Shown: positions 19,774 through 31,549, counted from the stretch's first letter. The stretch: DNA of 64,000 nt from Terriglobia bacterium (GCA_965218585.1 CBDCLE010000026.1:64001-128000), one strand, 5' to 3'. Program-made: numbers and translations. The notes: a model not told the origin generated them from the sequence alone.

Positions 19774-19992
19774 CTCGAACGTCCGTTCCGATTATATCGC
19801 GCGATTCTCTGTTTCATGCCCTGTTATGAGCACGCAGCATGCCATGGGAGAACGAGGCGCTTAGCTTCGGGAGGCTCCACAGGGTGGAGTAACTTGCGGC
19901 GTGCTTTTCCCCAACAAACGCGAATTTTGTCTCACAGAAACCCGGATTACTCCGACGACCACAGACCCTACTGATACTCTGGGAGTTCCGTG

Positions 19993-21309
19993 TTATTTCT
20001 GGTGCAAAAACGGTTTGGCCTTCTCGCCAACGTAGGTGGCCACGACCTGTCCGTCCCCGCGGAGGACGTACTTGTAAATCGTCAGGCCTTCGACGCCCAC
20101 CGGACCACGGGCGTGGGTCTTGAGGGTGCTGATGCCGACTTCGGCGCCGAGTCCGAAACGGAAACCGTCGGCGAACCGTGTAGACGTGTTTGAAACGACC
20201 GTCGCCGAATCTACCATCTGGATGAACCTTTCGCGGGACTCGATATCTTCGGTCATGATCGCGTCGGTATGATGGGAACCATAGCGATTGATGTGAGCCA
20301 CGGCTTCATCGAGGCCATCGACAACACGCAGGGACAAGGTCAGATCTCCATATTCTGTCGTCCAGTCTTCTTCTGTCGCTCCTGATAACTCGGACAAGAC
20401 TCCGCGTGTGCGCTCACAACCCCTGAGTTCGATGCCGGCTTCGGAAGCCTTACCGGCAAAAGCCGGTAAGAACGCATCCGCAACTTTCCTATCCACCAGC
20501 AGAGTCTCGATCGCGTTACATACAGCGGGATACTGCGCCTTGGCGTCGATTGCCACTTCGACGGCCTTTTCCAAATCGGCCTTGTCATGAACGTAGATGT
20601 GGCAGATGCCCTCTGCGTGCCCAAGGACAGGGATCTTGGTCGAGTCCATGATGTGGCTGACCAGTTCGTTGGATCCGCGCGGAATGACAAGATCCACAAG
20701 CTCGGGATAGGACAGCAATTCGTGGAAGTCTTCGCGGGTGTCCACGAGCTGGGCCCAACCGGAAGGCAATTCAGGAATCTGTTCCGCCAACCTGGAGGCA
20801 ATAGCCATGAAAGCGTGGTTCGAGTTGATCGCCTCGCGGCCACCTTTCAGAACAACTGCGTTGCCGCTTTTCAAAGCCAATGACAGGATCTGGGGGATCA
20901 CATCTGGACGGGACTCGAAGACGATGGCAATCACGCCGACAGGCACCGACACCTTCTCAAGTTCCAACCCGGAATCCAGCTTGGTCGTCTCAAGGACGCG
21001 GCCGACCGGATCGGGAAGCGCGGCAACGTCACGGATTCCCTGAACAACCTGAGCGAGTTTTCCCGGATCGAGTTCGAGCCTCTTATGGAGACTCTCCTTG
21101 ATCTTGCCCCGGGCAGCATCGAGGTCTCTCCGGTTCTCGGCCAGGAGAAAACCCCTGGATTCCTCGATAAGCCGCGCAAAGGTTTCAAGAGCCTCGTTGC
21201 GAATCTCTTCGGCAATCGTACTGACCTTGTAGAACGCATTCTTGGACTGCTTGAGAAGCGTTTCGGTGTCGACGATGCCGGGTGTTCTGGATTCGATTCC
21301 GGTACTCAT
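19993..21309 (-). CDS. proA: Gamma-glutamyl phosphate reductase
   Basis: FESRPDV, IPRGS, CNAIETLL, SHHTDAI, GAEVGIST.KTHARGP motifs. Confidence 0.95.
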   Translation of the reverse strand: MSTGIESRTPGIVDTETLLKQSKNAFYKVSTIAEEIRNEALETFARLIEESRGFLLAENRRDLDAARGKIKESLHKRLELDPGKLAQVVQGIRDVAALPDPVGRVLETTKLDSGLELEKVSVPVGVIAIVFESRPDVIPQILSLALKSGNAVVLKGGREAINSNHAFMAIASRLAEQIPELPSGWAQLVDTREDFHELLSYPELVDLVIPRGSNELVSHIMDSTKIPVLGHAEGICHIYVHDKADLEKAVEVAIDAKAQYPAVCNAIETLLVDRKVADAFLPAFAGKASEAGIELRGCERTRGVLSELSGATEEDWTTEYGDLTLSLRVVDGLDEAVAHINRYGSHHTDAIMTEDIESRERFIQMVDSATVVSNTSTRFADGFRFGLGAEVGISTLKTHARGPVGVEGLTIYKYVLRGDGQVVATYVGEKAKPFLHQK

Positions 21310-22436
21310 CAATTCTCTCCGAAGATCACCAGGTGATCCCTGTGGATGATTTCCTCGTGGTCAGTCTCTCCCAGTTTCTCAGAGATTTCCCGACTATGAC
21401 AGCCCTGAATCTCAGCGATCTGATCCGAAGAAAAGTAAACGATGCCGCGTCCGATCTCCCTTCCCTGTTCGGTTTCGACGCTGACGACCTCGCTCGCCTT
21501 GAAAGAGCCACGCACTCCGACAACGCCGCTCGGCAACAGGCTGGCTTTTTTCTTCACCAAAGCTTCAGCAACCCCCTGGTTAACCTCGACCACGCCGCCA
21601 AAGCCAGACGATAGGCCGATCCATCGCTGACGGCCTTTGAGCTTCAATCTGGGCGTCACAAGCGTTCCCTCGCACTTGAGGATGGCGTCCTTCTTGAAGC
21701 CCGAAGAGATGACGGTGCTCACGCCGCCAAATGATGCCAATCGGGCGGCTTCGATCTTTGAAGTGACGCCTCCGCGACCGTAAGCCGACTGCCCTTTCAA
21801 CCCGAGTTTCTTGAGGTCATCGAAATCATCAAGTTTACCGATTCGTTTCGCTTCGACGTTCATCTTCGGGTGACTGTCATAGATGCCATCGACATTCGTA
21901 AGTATGAGCAACAGGTCCGCACCAAGCTTGGTAGCCACCAGTGCGGAAAGCAGATCGTTGTCGCCAAAACTGTGGGTCCGCGTGTCTTCCTGCAATTCCA
22001 TCGTCGAAACAGAATCGTTTTCGTTGACGATGGGAATCACGTCATAAGAAAGCAGGCGTTCAAAGGTCTCCCGAAGGTTCAGATACCGCCTTCGGTCGGA
22101 AAAATCGTCCGCGGTCACCAGGAGCTGCGCCGTCATCAGACCGTACCGGGCAAAGTGTTTCTGGTATTGCTGCATCAACAAACCCTGACCTACCGCGGCG
22201 CATGCCTGCTTTGTCGAGAGATCCGCCAGCTTGTCGATTCCAAGGGAGATCCGGCCCATGCCCACAGCTCCGGAAGACACAAGGATGATCTTCTTTTTGT
22301 CTTCCTGAACCAGATGGGCACACTGCGCCACAAGCTTCCCCAGGCGGGAACGGGCTACGGCTCCGTCTTCCTTGGTCAGCAGATGTGTTCCCAGCTTGAT
22401 AACGATTCGCTGGGCCTTTTCCATCTCTGTGCGCAT
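21309..22436 (-). CDS. proB: Glutamate 5-kinase with PUA domain
   Basis: VIKLGT, VSSGAV, AAVGQ, IVNENDSV, FGDND, IIHRD motifs. Confidence 0.95.
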   Translation of the reverse strand: MRTEMEKAQRIVIKLGTHLLTKEDGAVARSRLGKLVAQCAHLVQEDKKKIILVSSGAVGMGRISLGIDKLADLSTKQACAAVGQGLLMQQYQKHFARYGLMTAQLLVTADDFSDRRRYLNLRETFERLLSYDVIPIVNENDSVSTMELQEDTRTHSFGDNDLLSALVATKLGADLLLILTNVDGIYDSHPKMNVEAKRIGKLDDFDDLKKLGLKGQSAYGRGGVTSKIEAARLASFGGVSTVISSGFKKDAILKCEGTLVTPRLKLKGRQRWIGLSSGFGGVVEVNQGVAEALVKKKASLLPSGVVGVRGSFKASEVVSVETEQGREIGRGIVYFSSDQIAEIQGCHSREISEKLGETDHEEIIHRDHLVIFGEN

Positions 22437-22799
22437 TGGTTATCTATCCATTACGGGTAGCCGCATCTACAGGCAACCGCATCCGCCCGCACACAATCCT
22501 GGCGATTACGGAACAAGTAAATATAACACCCGATAGCTTTTATTGATGGTCAGGACGCGGCAGGGAGGGACTACTTCTTCATCTGTGGGCTGGCAGGACA
22601 TGGGAAGTGCTAAGTCCTTGTAATGCAAAGACAAAGGAGCTATCCCACGAGTCGGAGAATCCAGCCAAATCGGCTCCAAATACCTTTGTGGCTGAAGACA
22701 CATCCGAGGCACGGCTGATTAGGGCAAACTGTCCTCGAATGATACCGTTAGGTGAGGCAAAGCTGGGCGCCCGACCCCATGCTACAATCGCCAAAACCC

Positions 22800-23747
22800 A
22801 TGAGTAGTGTGACCCAGACCGCCCACCAGAAGACAGTTGACCTCTGCCGCTCGATCAGCAAGGTAATCAAAGGAAAACAGGAAACGATCGAACTGGCCGT
22901 CGTGGCGCTCCTGGCTGAAGGGCATTTGCTTATCGAGGATGTTCCGGGCGTCGGCAAAACAACGCTGGGTCATACCATGGCGATGGCTCTGGGATCGACG
23001 TTTCATCGTCTCCAGTTCACAAGCGACCTTCTTCCATCCGACGTGCTGGGTGTGGCGGTATACAACCCGAACGTCCATGAATTCGAGTTCAAGCGGGGCC
23101 CCATTTTCGCCAACATCGTCCTGGCGGACGAAATCAATCGAACGACCCCCAAGACACAGAGCGCGCTACTTGAAGCGATGAACGAGAATCAGGTGACGAT
23201 TGACAACGTCACACACGCATTGCCCAGTCCGTTTATGGTTCTTGCAACCCAGAACCCGGTCGAACATCACGGGACATATCCGCTCCCGGAGTCACAGTTG
23301 GACCGATTCCTGATGAAGATCGAGATTGGCTATCCGAACGCGTCCGCCGAGCGAGAAATCCTCGGCCGATACAGCAACGGAAACCGGGGGAACGCTCTAG
23401 AGGCCGTCCTCAATCCCGAAGAAGTTCTGGAACTGCAGAATGAAAGCCGAAGGGTCCACGTCGGAGACGCTCTCATCGATTACATGATCGAGGTCGTCAA
23501 CCAGACCCGGACTCATTCTGAAATCGAACTCGGAATCAGCCCCCGGGGAACGGCCGCCCTGTTCCGCGCTTCGCAGGCGCGGGCACTCGTCGAAGGCCGC
23601 GACTACGTTCTCCCTGACGATGTAAAAACCCTGATTCAACCCGTATTCGGGCACAGGCTCGTCCTGTCTCATTCGGGAACTCGACGGCAGCAGGACTCTA
23701 AGACTCTCCTCGGAGACATCCTCGACAACGTCGCTGTTCCCGCCTGA
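22800..23747 (+). CDS. moxR: MoxR-family AAA+ ATPase (cluster 1)
   Basis: EDVPGVGKT, QFTSDLLPSD, DEINRTTPKTQSALLEAM, ATQNP, LPESQLDRF motifs. Confidence 0.93.
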   Translation: MSSVTQTAHQKTVDLCRSISKVIKGKQETIELAVVALLAEGHLLIEDVPGVGKTTLGHTMAMALGSTFHRLQFTSDLLPSDVLGVAVYNPNVHEFEFKRGPIFANIVLADEINRTTPKTQSALLEAMNENQVTIDNVTHALPSPFMVLATQNPVEHHGTYPLPESQLDRFLMKIEIGYPNASAEREILGRYSNGNRGNALEAVLNPEEVLELQNESRRVHVGDALIDYMIEVVNQTRTHSEIELGISPRGTAALFRASQARALVEGRDYVLPDDVKTLIQPVFGHRLVLSHSGTRRQQDSKTLLGDILDNVAVPA

Positions 23748-23759
23748 CGTCTCTCCTGT

Positions 23760-25073
23760 ATGGCGAGAAAAACCAGCATTCGCCGAAAACCGATCCGGGA
23801 CCAACTCCGCGCCCTCGCTGAAGAATTCCGCGCTGAGCGTCGGGAGCACCGCGAGTATGCCCGGAACTTCTTCAAATCGATGCTATTGCTCGGCATCGCG
23901 ATGCTGGCGGCACTCTATTCCAACAGTTCGGCACGCGACGGGCAGATTGTTTCTGCCGGAATCGGTGCCTTCATTGCGATGTCGATAGCCATATGGGTGG
24001 GTGTCCGCTTTGTGCCCCGGCTCGCGGCGGGTGTCGACTGGGACTGGCTCCCCTTCTTCACGCAGTACCGTTTGACCCGGGACGGATGGATCTACATAAC
24101 TACAACCATCATTGTGCTCTCGGCTGCGATCAACACGAGCAACAACCTGCTCTACATGATCCTCTCGGCGTTGTTGGCGGTCATGCTTCTGTCCGGATTC
24201 CTTTCAGGTCTCAACTTCCGTTTCTTGCGTGTTGCCGCCCGTCTGCCCGAACACTGCTTCGCCCGGCAACCATTTCGCATGACGCTAACGGTCCGGAACC
24301 CAAAACGGATCTTCCCCACTTTCTCGCTGGGCGTCGGTGCCGTTGACCGAAGTCCTTTCGATTTCGAACCCTATTACGTTCCTCTGGTCCAAACCCGTGA
24401 CCAGGACCACCGGACCCTCGATGCTGTTCTCCCCAAAAGAGGCCGCTACAGCCTCGAAGAGATTCATCTGAAGTCGCGCTATCCGTTCGGTTTCATAGTC
24501 AAAGGACGGCCGCTTCCTGTCGAAGCTGAATGTGTCGCCTTCCCGGAGATACTGCCCAAGGAAACGCTCGACATCGCGATTCACGATATCCTGGGATCGT
24601 CGGAAAGATTTGAACGGGGACAAGGAATGGACCTGTACCTGATCCGGGACTACCAGTCCTCCGACAGCGCACGCCACGTTGACTGGAAGGCGTCAGCGAA
24701 GACAACTACGCTCAAGACACGCGAGTTTGCAGCTGAAGAAAGCCGGAGGGTCCAGCTGGTCTTTGACCGGTATGGGCAGGCGGGAGACGAAGATCGATTC
24801 GAAAACCTGGTCTCCCAGGCAGCATCTCTGGCCTTATACCTTTCCGAAGACGGAGCGGAAGTCACGCTTGTGTCGGACGACTGGTGCTCACCCTCTGGAC
24901 TCTCAGACAACCTGTTACAATCAATACTTTACTATCTGGCGCTGGTCGAAATGGCACCAGGTGCGGAACTCGCAGGTTCAGCTGGGAGCGGGACGGCCGT
25001 TTTTTCACTGCGCAGCCCGTCGAACACGCACGCACTATGGAAAGATACTTCCAAATCTCATTCCATGCGCTGA
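23760..25073 (+). CDS. DUF58 domain membrane protein
   Basis: AAINTSNNLLY, SRYPFG, IRDYQSSD..RHVDWKASAK; follows moxR. Confidence 0.88.
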   Translation: MARKTSIRRKPIRDQLRALAEEFRAERREHREYARNFFKSMLLLGIAMLAALYSNSSARDGQIVSAGIGAFIAMSIAIWVGVRFVPRLAAGVDWDWLPFFTQYRLTRDGWIYITTTIIVLSAAINTSNNLLYMILSALLAVMLLSGFLSGLNFRFLRVAARLPEHCFARQPFRMTLTVRNPKRIFPTFSLGVGAVDRSPFDFEPYYVPLVQTRDQDHRTLDAVLPKRGRYSLEEIHLKSRYPFGFIVKGRPLPVEAECVAFPEILPKETLDIAIHDILGSSERFERGQGMDLYLIRDYQSSDSARHVDWKASAKTTTLKTREFAAEESRRVQLVFDRYGQAGDEDRFENLVSQAASLALYLSEDGAEVTLVSDDWCSPSGLSDNLLQSILYYLALVEMAPGAELAGSAGSGTAVFSLRSPSNTHALWKDTSKSHSMR

Positions 25074-27136
25074 TCCTCACAGCGTTCATAGCCCTGGTGG
25101 AAACCGGGAGACTGGATGTCGGATCAATCCTGTTGTTTCTGGTCTTTTTCGCAGTCACGGCAAATCGAGCTCTAAAGGGAAGGCCACCTCTGCTGACGGC
25201 CCGCGGCGCTTTCTTCCTCTCGCTCGGCTACATCTTCTTCTTCGCATTGGACAGCCTGATTCTCTCGGGCTCATTCATCAGTGCAATCATCCACCTTGTC
25301 CTTTTCCTGGAAATCGCGAAGCTGGCCCAGAAGAAAGAAGACAAAGACTATCTGTACCTGATTCTTCTTTCCTTTCTTCAGATCCTTGCGGCCTCATCCC
25401 TGACCATCGACATGTCTTTCGTGTTCACTCTGTTCTTCTTCCTCATAGCTTTGGTTTCGACACTGATGAGTTTCGATATCTACCGTTCTCAGAGAGAAAC
25501 GTCTGACCGGGGGCTCGTTCCGATCGACGGGCCACTGGGCGGAATGAGCGTGTGGGCAACCGTTTGGATCATCATCGTCGGAGTAGCACTTTTCTTTGCC
25601 ATGCCCAGGATTGGAACAGGATACTTCAGTCGCGCGGCGACCCAGGCCCTGCTACTCTCCGGTTTTACCGACACGGTCGAGTTGGGAACGATCGGAGAGG
25701 TCAAACTGAGTTCCGCTCTGGTCATGCGCACGCGCGTTATCGACGGGTCGCCTTCTGCGGTACCAAAATGGCGCGGGCTCGCACTGGACACGTTTGATGG
25801 CCGGACATGGTCGAAATCCCGACGGCGGCGTCAAGCGGTGCGGGGATCGCGAAACGATCAGTATCTGATCCAATCTCCGACCGGAACCGGCGAACAGGTC
25901 CGGTTCGAAGTCTTCCTTGAGCCGCTGGCCACGCCCACACTATTTGGGCCTCATATCATCCGTTCGATCACAGGGGACTTCCGGGGGCTGGAACGCGACA
26001 ACGCCGACGGCGTCTATCAAAGAATTCGGGCCGTCCGGAGGACACAATACGAAGTTCTTTCCGAAATCCCTTTGAGGAATACGACTTCTGAGATCGACGA
26101 TGAGACGGACGTGCTGCCCGACAACGCGGACCGTTATCTGCAGTTGCCCCTTGAACTCGACCCGCGGACCGTCGATCTGGCTGAAACAGTCACTACGGGA
26201 GGAGACACAGTCCTCGAAAAGGCCTCTCTGGTGGAAACTTACCTGCGGACGAATCACGCCTACTCTCTCGAACTGACCTGGGATCCGGGAGAGCAACCAC
26301 TGAGCACGTTTCTTTTCGAAGCCCGTGCCGGTCACTGCGAATACTTCGCGTCGTCAATGGCAATCTTGCTACGGACGGTTGGCATTCCAACCCGGATGGT
26401 CAACGGCTTTCTTGCGGGCGAATACAACTCGATTGGAAATTCCTACATCGTCCGGCAATCCGACGCACATAGCTGGGTCGAGGTCTTCGTGCCCGGACAA
26501 GGATGGATAGACTTCGACCCGACACCTCCCGACCCCAACCGGAACGAGATAAGCATGCTGGTCCTGTTCTCGCACTATCTGGACGCGGCCGAATTGTTCT
26601 GGAACGCATACATCCTGACCTACGACACAGGGACGCAACTGCAGCTGTTCCGAAACGCCCAGGACACGATCCAGTCGGCACGAAGCTCTCTGCAGAGCAG
26701 ATCCGAGTCGTGGGCGGCCATGAGCCAGGCGGTGTCCGATCGCGTTTCCGCACGCATACGCGAGGTTGTCGAAACCCGATGGTTCTGGTCGCTTGTGCTG
26801 GTCGGCGTTTTGCTGGGACTCGGCGTAAAGTACCGATCAACGATTCGAACGAACTGGAAAATCTGGAACCTTCGGTTTGGACGGGGTGATGCAGACCGCG
26901 ACGTCGTGACCCAGCTGTTCTATCGGGTTGCGGCCCTGGGAGGAAGGCGATCCGGAGCCCGCTTACCTCACCAGACCTGGAGGGGATGGCTGGCCGAACT
27001 CCCGGATGAGCGCCCCAAACGCCTGATAGGCGTGGCACTCAAGGTGTTCGAAAAAGCCCGTTACGGCAGCTCTCCTGTAACAGCCGAGGAATACGCGCAC
27101 CTGGAAGAAACGATCCAGCAACTCAAGAGTGCGTGA
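25037..27136 (+). CDS. TgpA-like transglutaminase-domain membrane protein
   Basis: N-terminal TM region, WRGLALD, triad motifs GHCEYFAS / DAHSWVEV / FDPTP; start MERYFQ at 25037. Confidence 0.88.
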   Translation: MERYFQISFHALILTAFIALVETGRLDVGSILLFLVFFAVTANRALKGRPPLLTARGAFFLSLGYIFFFALDSLILSGSFISAIIHLVLFLEIAKLAQKKEDKDYLYLILLSFLQILAASSLTIDMSFVFTLFFFLIALVSTLMSFDIYRSQRETSDRGLVPIDGPLGGMSVWATVWIIIVGVALFFAMPRIGTGYFSRAATQALLLSGFTDTVELGTIGEVKLSSALVMRTRVIDGSPSAVPKWRGLALDTFDGRTWSKSRRRRQAVRGSRNDQYLIQSPTGTGEQVRFEVFLEPLATPTLFGPHIIRSITGDFRGLERDNADGVYQRIRAVRRTQYEVLSEIPLRNTTSEIDDETDVLPDNADRYLQLPLELDPRTVDLAETVTTGGDTVLEKASLVETYLRTNHAYSLELTWDPGEQPLSTFLFEARAGHCEYFASSMAILLRTVGIPTRMVNGFLAGEYNSIGNSYIVRQSDAHSWVEVFVPGQGWIDFDPTPPDPNRNEISMLVLFSHYLDAAELFWNAYILTYDTGTQLQLFRNAQDTIQSARSSLQSRSESWAAMSQAVSDRVSARIREVVETRWFWSLVLVGVLLGLGVKYRSTIRTNWKIWNLRFGRGDADRDVVTQLFYRVAALGGRRSGARLPHQTWRGWLAELPDERPKRLIGVALKVFEKARYGSSPVTAEEYAHLEETIQQLKSA

Positions 27137-27150
27137 TCCCGTTGACCCTG

Positions 27151-28539
27151 ATGTCAAAAGACAATTCCAACAAAACAACGCGAGTGGGTTTCGTAAGCCT
27201 TGGATGCCCTAAGAACCTTGTTGACAGCGAGGTGATGCTCGGGACCCTGTCCCAACAAGGTTATGAGATCACCGCGGACCAGGCATCAGCCGATGTGATC
27301 GTTGTCAACACGTGTGGTTTCATCGACAGCGCGAAGGAAGAGTCCGTCGATACGATCCTGGAAATGGCCCGCCTGAAGGAAGAAGGGCGTTGCCAGAAGC
27401 TGGTTGTTGCAGGGTGTCTGGCCGAAAGATACCGCGAGGACATACAGAAAGAGATTCCCGAAATCGATTTCGTATTCGGTCCGGACGAACTGGGAAGCAT
27501 CCTCGAGGCTGTAGCAATCAACGGCGATGAACCTGCCGAATCTCTGACGATCGATTCACTCTACACGTCCGGGCAGGTACCAACAATTCCCAGAATACTG
27601 ACGACACCGTCGCACATGGCTTACCTCAAGATCTCTGAAGGCTGTGATCACACGTGTTCCTTCTGTGCGATCCCCGGCTTCAGAGGGCGTTTTCGAAGCA
27701 GATCCCTTGAAGATTTGACCCTGGAAGCCCAGCGGTTGGTCGAGGGGGGTGTCTCCGAGATCGTCATCGTTTCCCAGGACACGCTCGCATACGGCCAGGA
27801 TCTCGGTATGAGGGACGGCATTCTCGATCTGCTGGAAGGCCTGCTTGGGGTCGAAGGCCTCGCATGGATACGACTGCTCTACTGCTATCCGAATCTCCTC
27901 CGGGAATCGATGGTCCGGTTGATCGGAAGCGAGGACAGGCTGTGCAGTTACTTCGACATCCCATACCAGCACGCAAGTCCACAGGTTCTTGAACGAATGC
28001 GGCGCGGCGGCGGACGGGCGACTTTCCAGCGGCAGATTGAATGGATCCGCGAACTGGTCCCGGGAGCTGGCTTGAGAACTTCTTTCATAGTGGGGTTCCC
28101 GGGCGAAACGGAATCGAACTTCCAGGAACTTGTCCGATTCGTTGACAGTGCACGCTTCGACAACATGGGCGTCTTTGTCTACTCGGACGAAGAGGGAACG
28201 TTTGCTGAAAATCTCGATGCCAAAGTGCCACGGGAGGTTGCCGTTCAGAGACGGGAAATGTTGATGGAGACCCAGGCCGCAATCTCGCAAAAAGAGTTGC
28301 GCCGATTCATCGGCCGTCAGGTGCCGGTGTTGCTCGAAGGGATCTCAACGGAGTCGGACCTACTACTGGAAGGACGGATGGAGACCCAGGCGCCGGAGAT
28401 CGACGGGAAGATCCTGATCAACGACACGGACGAAGAAAAACCCGAAAGTGGCCGGTTCTATCTGACGGAAATCACGGACAGTATGGAATACGACCTCCTG
28501 GGCCGAATCATAGGCCCCTGGAACGGATTTGATTCCTAA
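27151..28539 (+). CDS. rimO: Ribosomal protein S12 methylthiotransferase
   Basis: [18 protein letters not shown], radical [21 protein letters not shown] motif. Confidence 0.95.
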   Translation: MSKDNSNKTTRVGFVSLGCPKNLVDSEVMLGTLSQQGYEITADQASADVIVVNTCGFIDSAKEESVDTILEMARLKEEGRCQKLVVAGCLAERYREDIQKEIPEIDFVFGPDELGSILEAVAINGDEPAESLTIDSLYTSGQVPTIPRILTTPSHMAYLKISEGCDHTCSFCAIPGFRGRFRSRSLEDLTLEAQRLVEGGVSEIVIVSQDTLAYGQDLGMRDGILDLLEGLLGVEGLAWIRLLYCYPNLLRESMVRLIGSEDRLCSYFDIPYQHASPQVLERMRRGGGRATFQRQIEWIRELVPGAGLRTSFIVGFPGETESNFQELVRFVDSARFDNMGVFVYSDEEGTFAENLDAKVPREVAVQRREMLMETQAAISQKELRRFIGRQVPVLLEGISTESDLLLEGRMETQAPEIDGKILINDTDEEKPESGRFYLTEITDSMEYDLLGRIIGPWNGFDS

Positions 28540-28544
28540 ATACG

Positions 28545-28736
28545 ATGCCAGCCACTTGCCCTACATGCGGAAAGAAAGCACCTTACAGGAAAAATCCGTT
28601 TCGTCCGTTCTGCTCTCGACGATGCAAGCTCATCGACCTGGGCAAGTGGGCCTCGGGGGTCTATCGCTTTCCGTCCGCGGAGAAAGCACCCGGAGAAACC
28701 GATAACTCCAATGGAAACGTCGCCGCAAACGACTGA
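28545..28736 (+). CDS. yacG: DNA gyrase inhibitor YacG
   Basis: CPTCGK...[17 protein letters not shown]. Confidence 0.9.
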   Translation: MPATCPTCGKKAPYRKNPFRPFCSRRCKLIDLGKWASGVYRFPSAEKAPGETDNSNGNVAAND

Positions 28737-29236
28737 ACCGGTCCCTTCAGTCCAGTCTCGAACTCCGCTTGACCAGGTGGCGGTTGCCGTCGCAACTGCA
28801 GGCGGAGCCGGTTTTGTACCGGAAGCTGCCGGGGACGATCGGATCACTTGTAGGGGTCGGACTATATCTCGCCATCGATTTCTTTGGGTGGTATAGCTTG
28901 TACCTCCCGATACTCGGGGCAATCTCTATTGTGGGGATCTGGTCGGCCAACCACGTCGAGGGAATCTACGGTCACGATGCATCGAAGATAATCGTCGACG
29001 AAGTCATCGGACAGATGATCACGCTTGGATTCGTGATTCGATCGGGGACTTCCTCTGTCCTGACAGCAGCGATTCTCGGCTTTTTGCTTTTCAGGTTTTT
29101 CGATATCCTAAAGCCCTTTCCGCTTCGGCGACTCGAACAGCTGCCGGGTGGATTCGGAGTAGTTGCGGACGACGTAGGAGCTGGAGTGTACGGTCTTATA
29201 GCCCTGACATTGATAGAGTCCCTGGTAATCTCGTGA
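28711..29236 (+). CDS. pgpA: Phosphatidylglycerophosphatase A (apparent frameshift near 28820)
   Basis: [10 protein letters not shown] continues as PGTIGS in another frame; [24 protein letters not shown] motifs. Confidence 0.85.
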
Positions 29237-30258
29237 GCGACATCAAAATCAAACGCGTGCTTCCCCAGGCTGCTCTCCCGGGCGGTGAAGTCATGATCGA
29301 GTACGGCGGCGTCGAACTTCAGGGAGATCATCAGCCGGAAGTGCGCTTTGGCGACTACGCGGCACAGGTCACAATCGCCTCCAACGAGGTTATTGTCGCG
29401 AAAGTACCTGAGTCTTTGTCGGAAACGGGCACCTCGGAGCTATCTGTAGCCAACAACGGCGATTCGAGCGGTCCGTTTCCTTATCAGGTTGGCAAACGCC
29501 TCGCGACAAACCTGCATCCGGTTGCCAATCCCGCAGTCGATAGCGAAGACAATATCTACGCAACTTACAGTGGCCGAAGAGGCCAGAAGACACCCGTCTC
29601 GATATACAAAGTCACGGCCAGTGGTGCCGTCACACCTCATACCGTCGAAATCATCAATGCCACCGGTCTGGCCTTCGGCCTGGAAGGCGAGCTCTTTGTG
29701 TCGAGCCGTCATGAGGGCAGCGTCTATAAAGTCGATCCGAGTGGAAAGGCGGAAACCTATATCGAAGGCATGGGAATCGCGACCGGTCTGGCATTCGACC
29801 GAAAGAACAACCTTTATGTCGGCGACCGGAGCGGCAGCGTCTTCAAGATCAGTCCGAGTAAAGAAATCTTCGTCTTCGCTACGCTCGAACCCAGCATGGC
29901 CGCATACCATATGGCTTACGGCATGGACGACTACCTATACCTTACGGGACCTACAACCTCCAGCTTCGATTCAATCCACAGGATTTCCCCAACAGGCGAG
30001 GTCGAAAAGTTTTTCACGGGTTTGGGCCGGCCGCAGGGCATCGCTTTTGACATCGAAAACAACGTGTACGTTGTTGCCTCCTTCAGGGGCAGGCGGGGAA
30101 TCTTCCGTTTCCCCAATGGCAAAAGGACGCCTGAGCTTTTCGTGTCAGGGCTGGGTCTGGTCGGCCTGGCCTTCGATTACTCCGAGAACATGGTCGTAGC
30201 GGATGGCTCTTCGGTGTACAGAGTTCACGCCGGAATCATGGGAAGACCTCTTCCCTAA
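29233..30258 (+). CDS. IPT/TIG domain plus NHL/SMP-30-like beta-propeller protein
   Basis: N-terminal Ig-like segment; repeated ATGLAF / PQGIAFD propeller blades. Confidence 0.7.
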   Translation: MSDIKIKRVLPQAALPGGEVMIEYGGVELQGDHQPEVRFGDYAAQVTIASNEVIVAKVPESLSETGTSELSVANNGDSSGPFPYQVGKRLATNLHPVANPAVDSEDNIYATYSGRRGQKTPVSIYKVTASGAVTPHTVEIINATGLAFGLEGELFVSSRHEGSVYKVDPSGKAETYIEGMGIATGLAFDRKNNLYVGDRSGSVFKISPSKEIFVFATLEPSMAAYHMAYGMDDYLYLTGPTTSSFDSIHRISPTGEVEKFFTGLGRPQGIAFDIENNVYVVASFRGRRGIFRFPNGKRTPELFVSGLGLVGLAFDYSENMVVADGSSVYRVHAGIMGRPLP

Positions 30259-30304
30259 TTGAGTTCGGGGACTGAAACCGAATTCCCTTCTCCTACCTCT
30301 TGCT

Positions 30305-31547
30305 ATGCTGACGGCAGAAATTATCGCGATCGGTTCGGAACTTCTGACTCCCCGATTCCATGACACCAACTCCTCGTTTCTAACTGAACAACTCAACCGA
30401 ATGGGAATATCGGTAGCGATGTGCACGGTCGCTGGAGACCATGAAGACAGCCTCGAACACGCGCTGAAATCTGCGATGGAGCGAACGCCTGTCATCATCA
30501 CGACGGGCGGTCTCGGCCCGACCGAAGACGACATCACCCGAAAGGCCGTCGCACAGGCGACGCTTCGTCAGCTGGTCCTAGACGATGTCGTGCTGGAAAA
30601 GATCAAAGCACGTTTCGTTCGGGCGGCCAGGGCGATGCCACCAAACAACGAACGTCAAGCCCTGGTCCCGTCTGGCGCTGAGGTGTTGGACAACCCTAAC
30701 GGCACGGCGCCCCGGTCTTTGGCTCTCCGAGGGAAGGAACACTCTGATCCTGCTTCCTGGACCACCGCGGGAACTCGAACCGATGTTTGAGCGACTCTGT
30801 TACCCACGCCTTGCAAAGATGGCCGGATCACTGGCAATGTCCCGTCGTATCTATCGAACGACCGGACTGCCCGAATCTACGCTCGACGCCCGCATTGCAC
30901 CCATCTACATCAAGTATAAGAACACGGAAACAACCGTGCTTTCAAAACCGGGACAGGTCGACATCCACCTCATCGCACGTGCGAAGACCATCCAGGAAGC
31001 GGACCAATTACTGGAAGAGCTCGGGCATCAAATCGATCAGGAACTCGGAGACTCTGTGTTTGCACGCACTGACCAGGGGCTCGAAGAAGTTGTGGGGATG
31101 TACCTGGTTATGAAGGGCGCCACAATCTCGGTTGCTGAATCCTGCACGGGAGGACTGATGGCCGAACGCCTGACATCCATTCCGGGAAGCTCACGCTATT
31201 TTGCCTCCGGAATGGTGACCTACAGCAACGAATCCAAGATCGAGCTCGCCGGCATTCCACCACTGGTGCTGGAAATGCAAGGCGCCGTCAGCAAGGAAAT
31301 TGCTGTCGGACTCGCCGAGAGCGTGCGAGAAAAGGTTGGCTCGACGATCGGCGTGGGTATAACCGGCATAGCGGGTCCGGGCGGTGGGACGCCGGAGAAA
31401 CCGGTGGGCACGGTGCACGCAGCTGTTTCGGGACCGACTGGCACACGGCACCTCCAATTCGTGTTTCCAGGCGCGCGTGACAGAATCCGCTGGCAGTCCT
31501 CACAGGCGGCTCTCGACATGGTGCGGCGTTACCTTGAAACCATCTGA
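30305..31547 (+). CDS. cinA: Competence/damage-inducible protein CinA (frameshift in C-run near 30712)
   Basis: IAIGSELL, TGGLGPTEDDIT, GTAP/GLW junction, LPGPPREL, AESCTGG, GIAGPGGG motifs. Confidence 0.9.
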
Positions 31548-31549
31548 AC

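Noticed and set aside
22440-22700. Proline leader peptide or T-box upstream of proB
   Set aside because: No Pro-rich uORF, T-box motif or terminator found on the minus strand.
22720-22790. GGGCAAAC...GAGGCAAAGC resembling a c-di-GMP-I riboswitch upstream of moxR
   Set aside because: No clean P2 stem, no GNRA tetraloop and no receptor motif; TGCTACAAT just downstream suggests plain promoter sequence. An Infernal scan would settle it.
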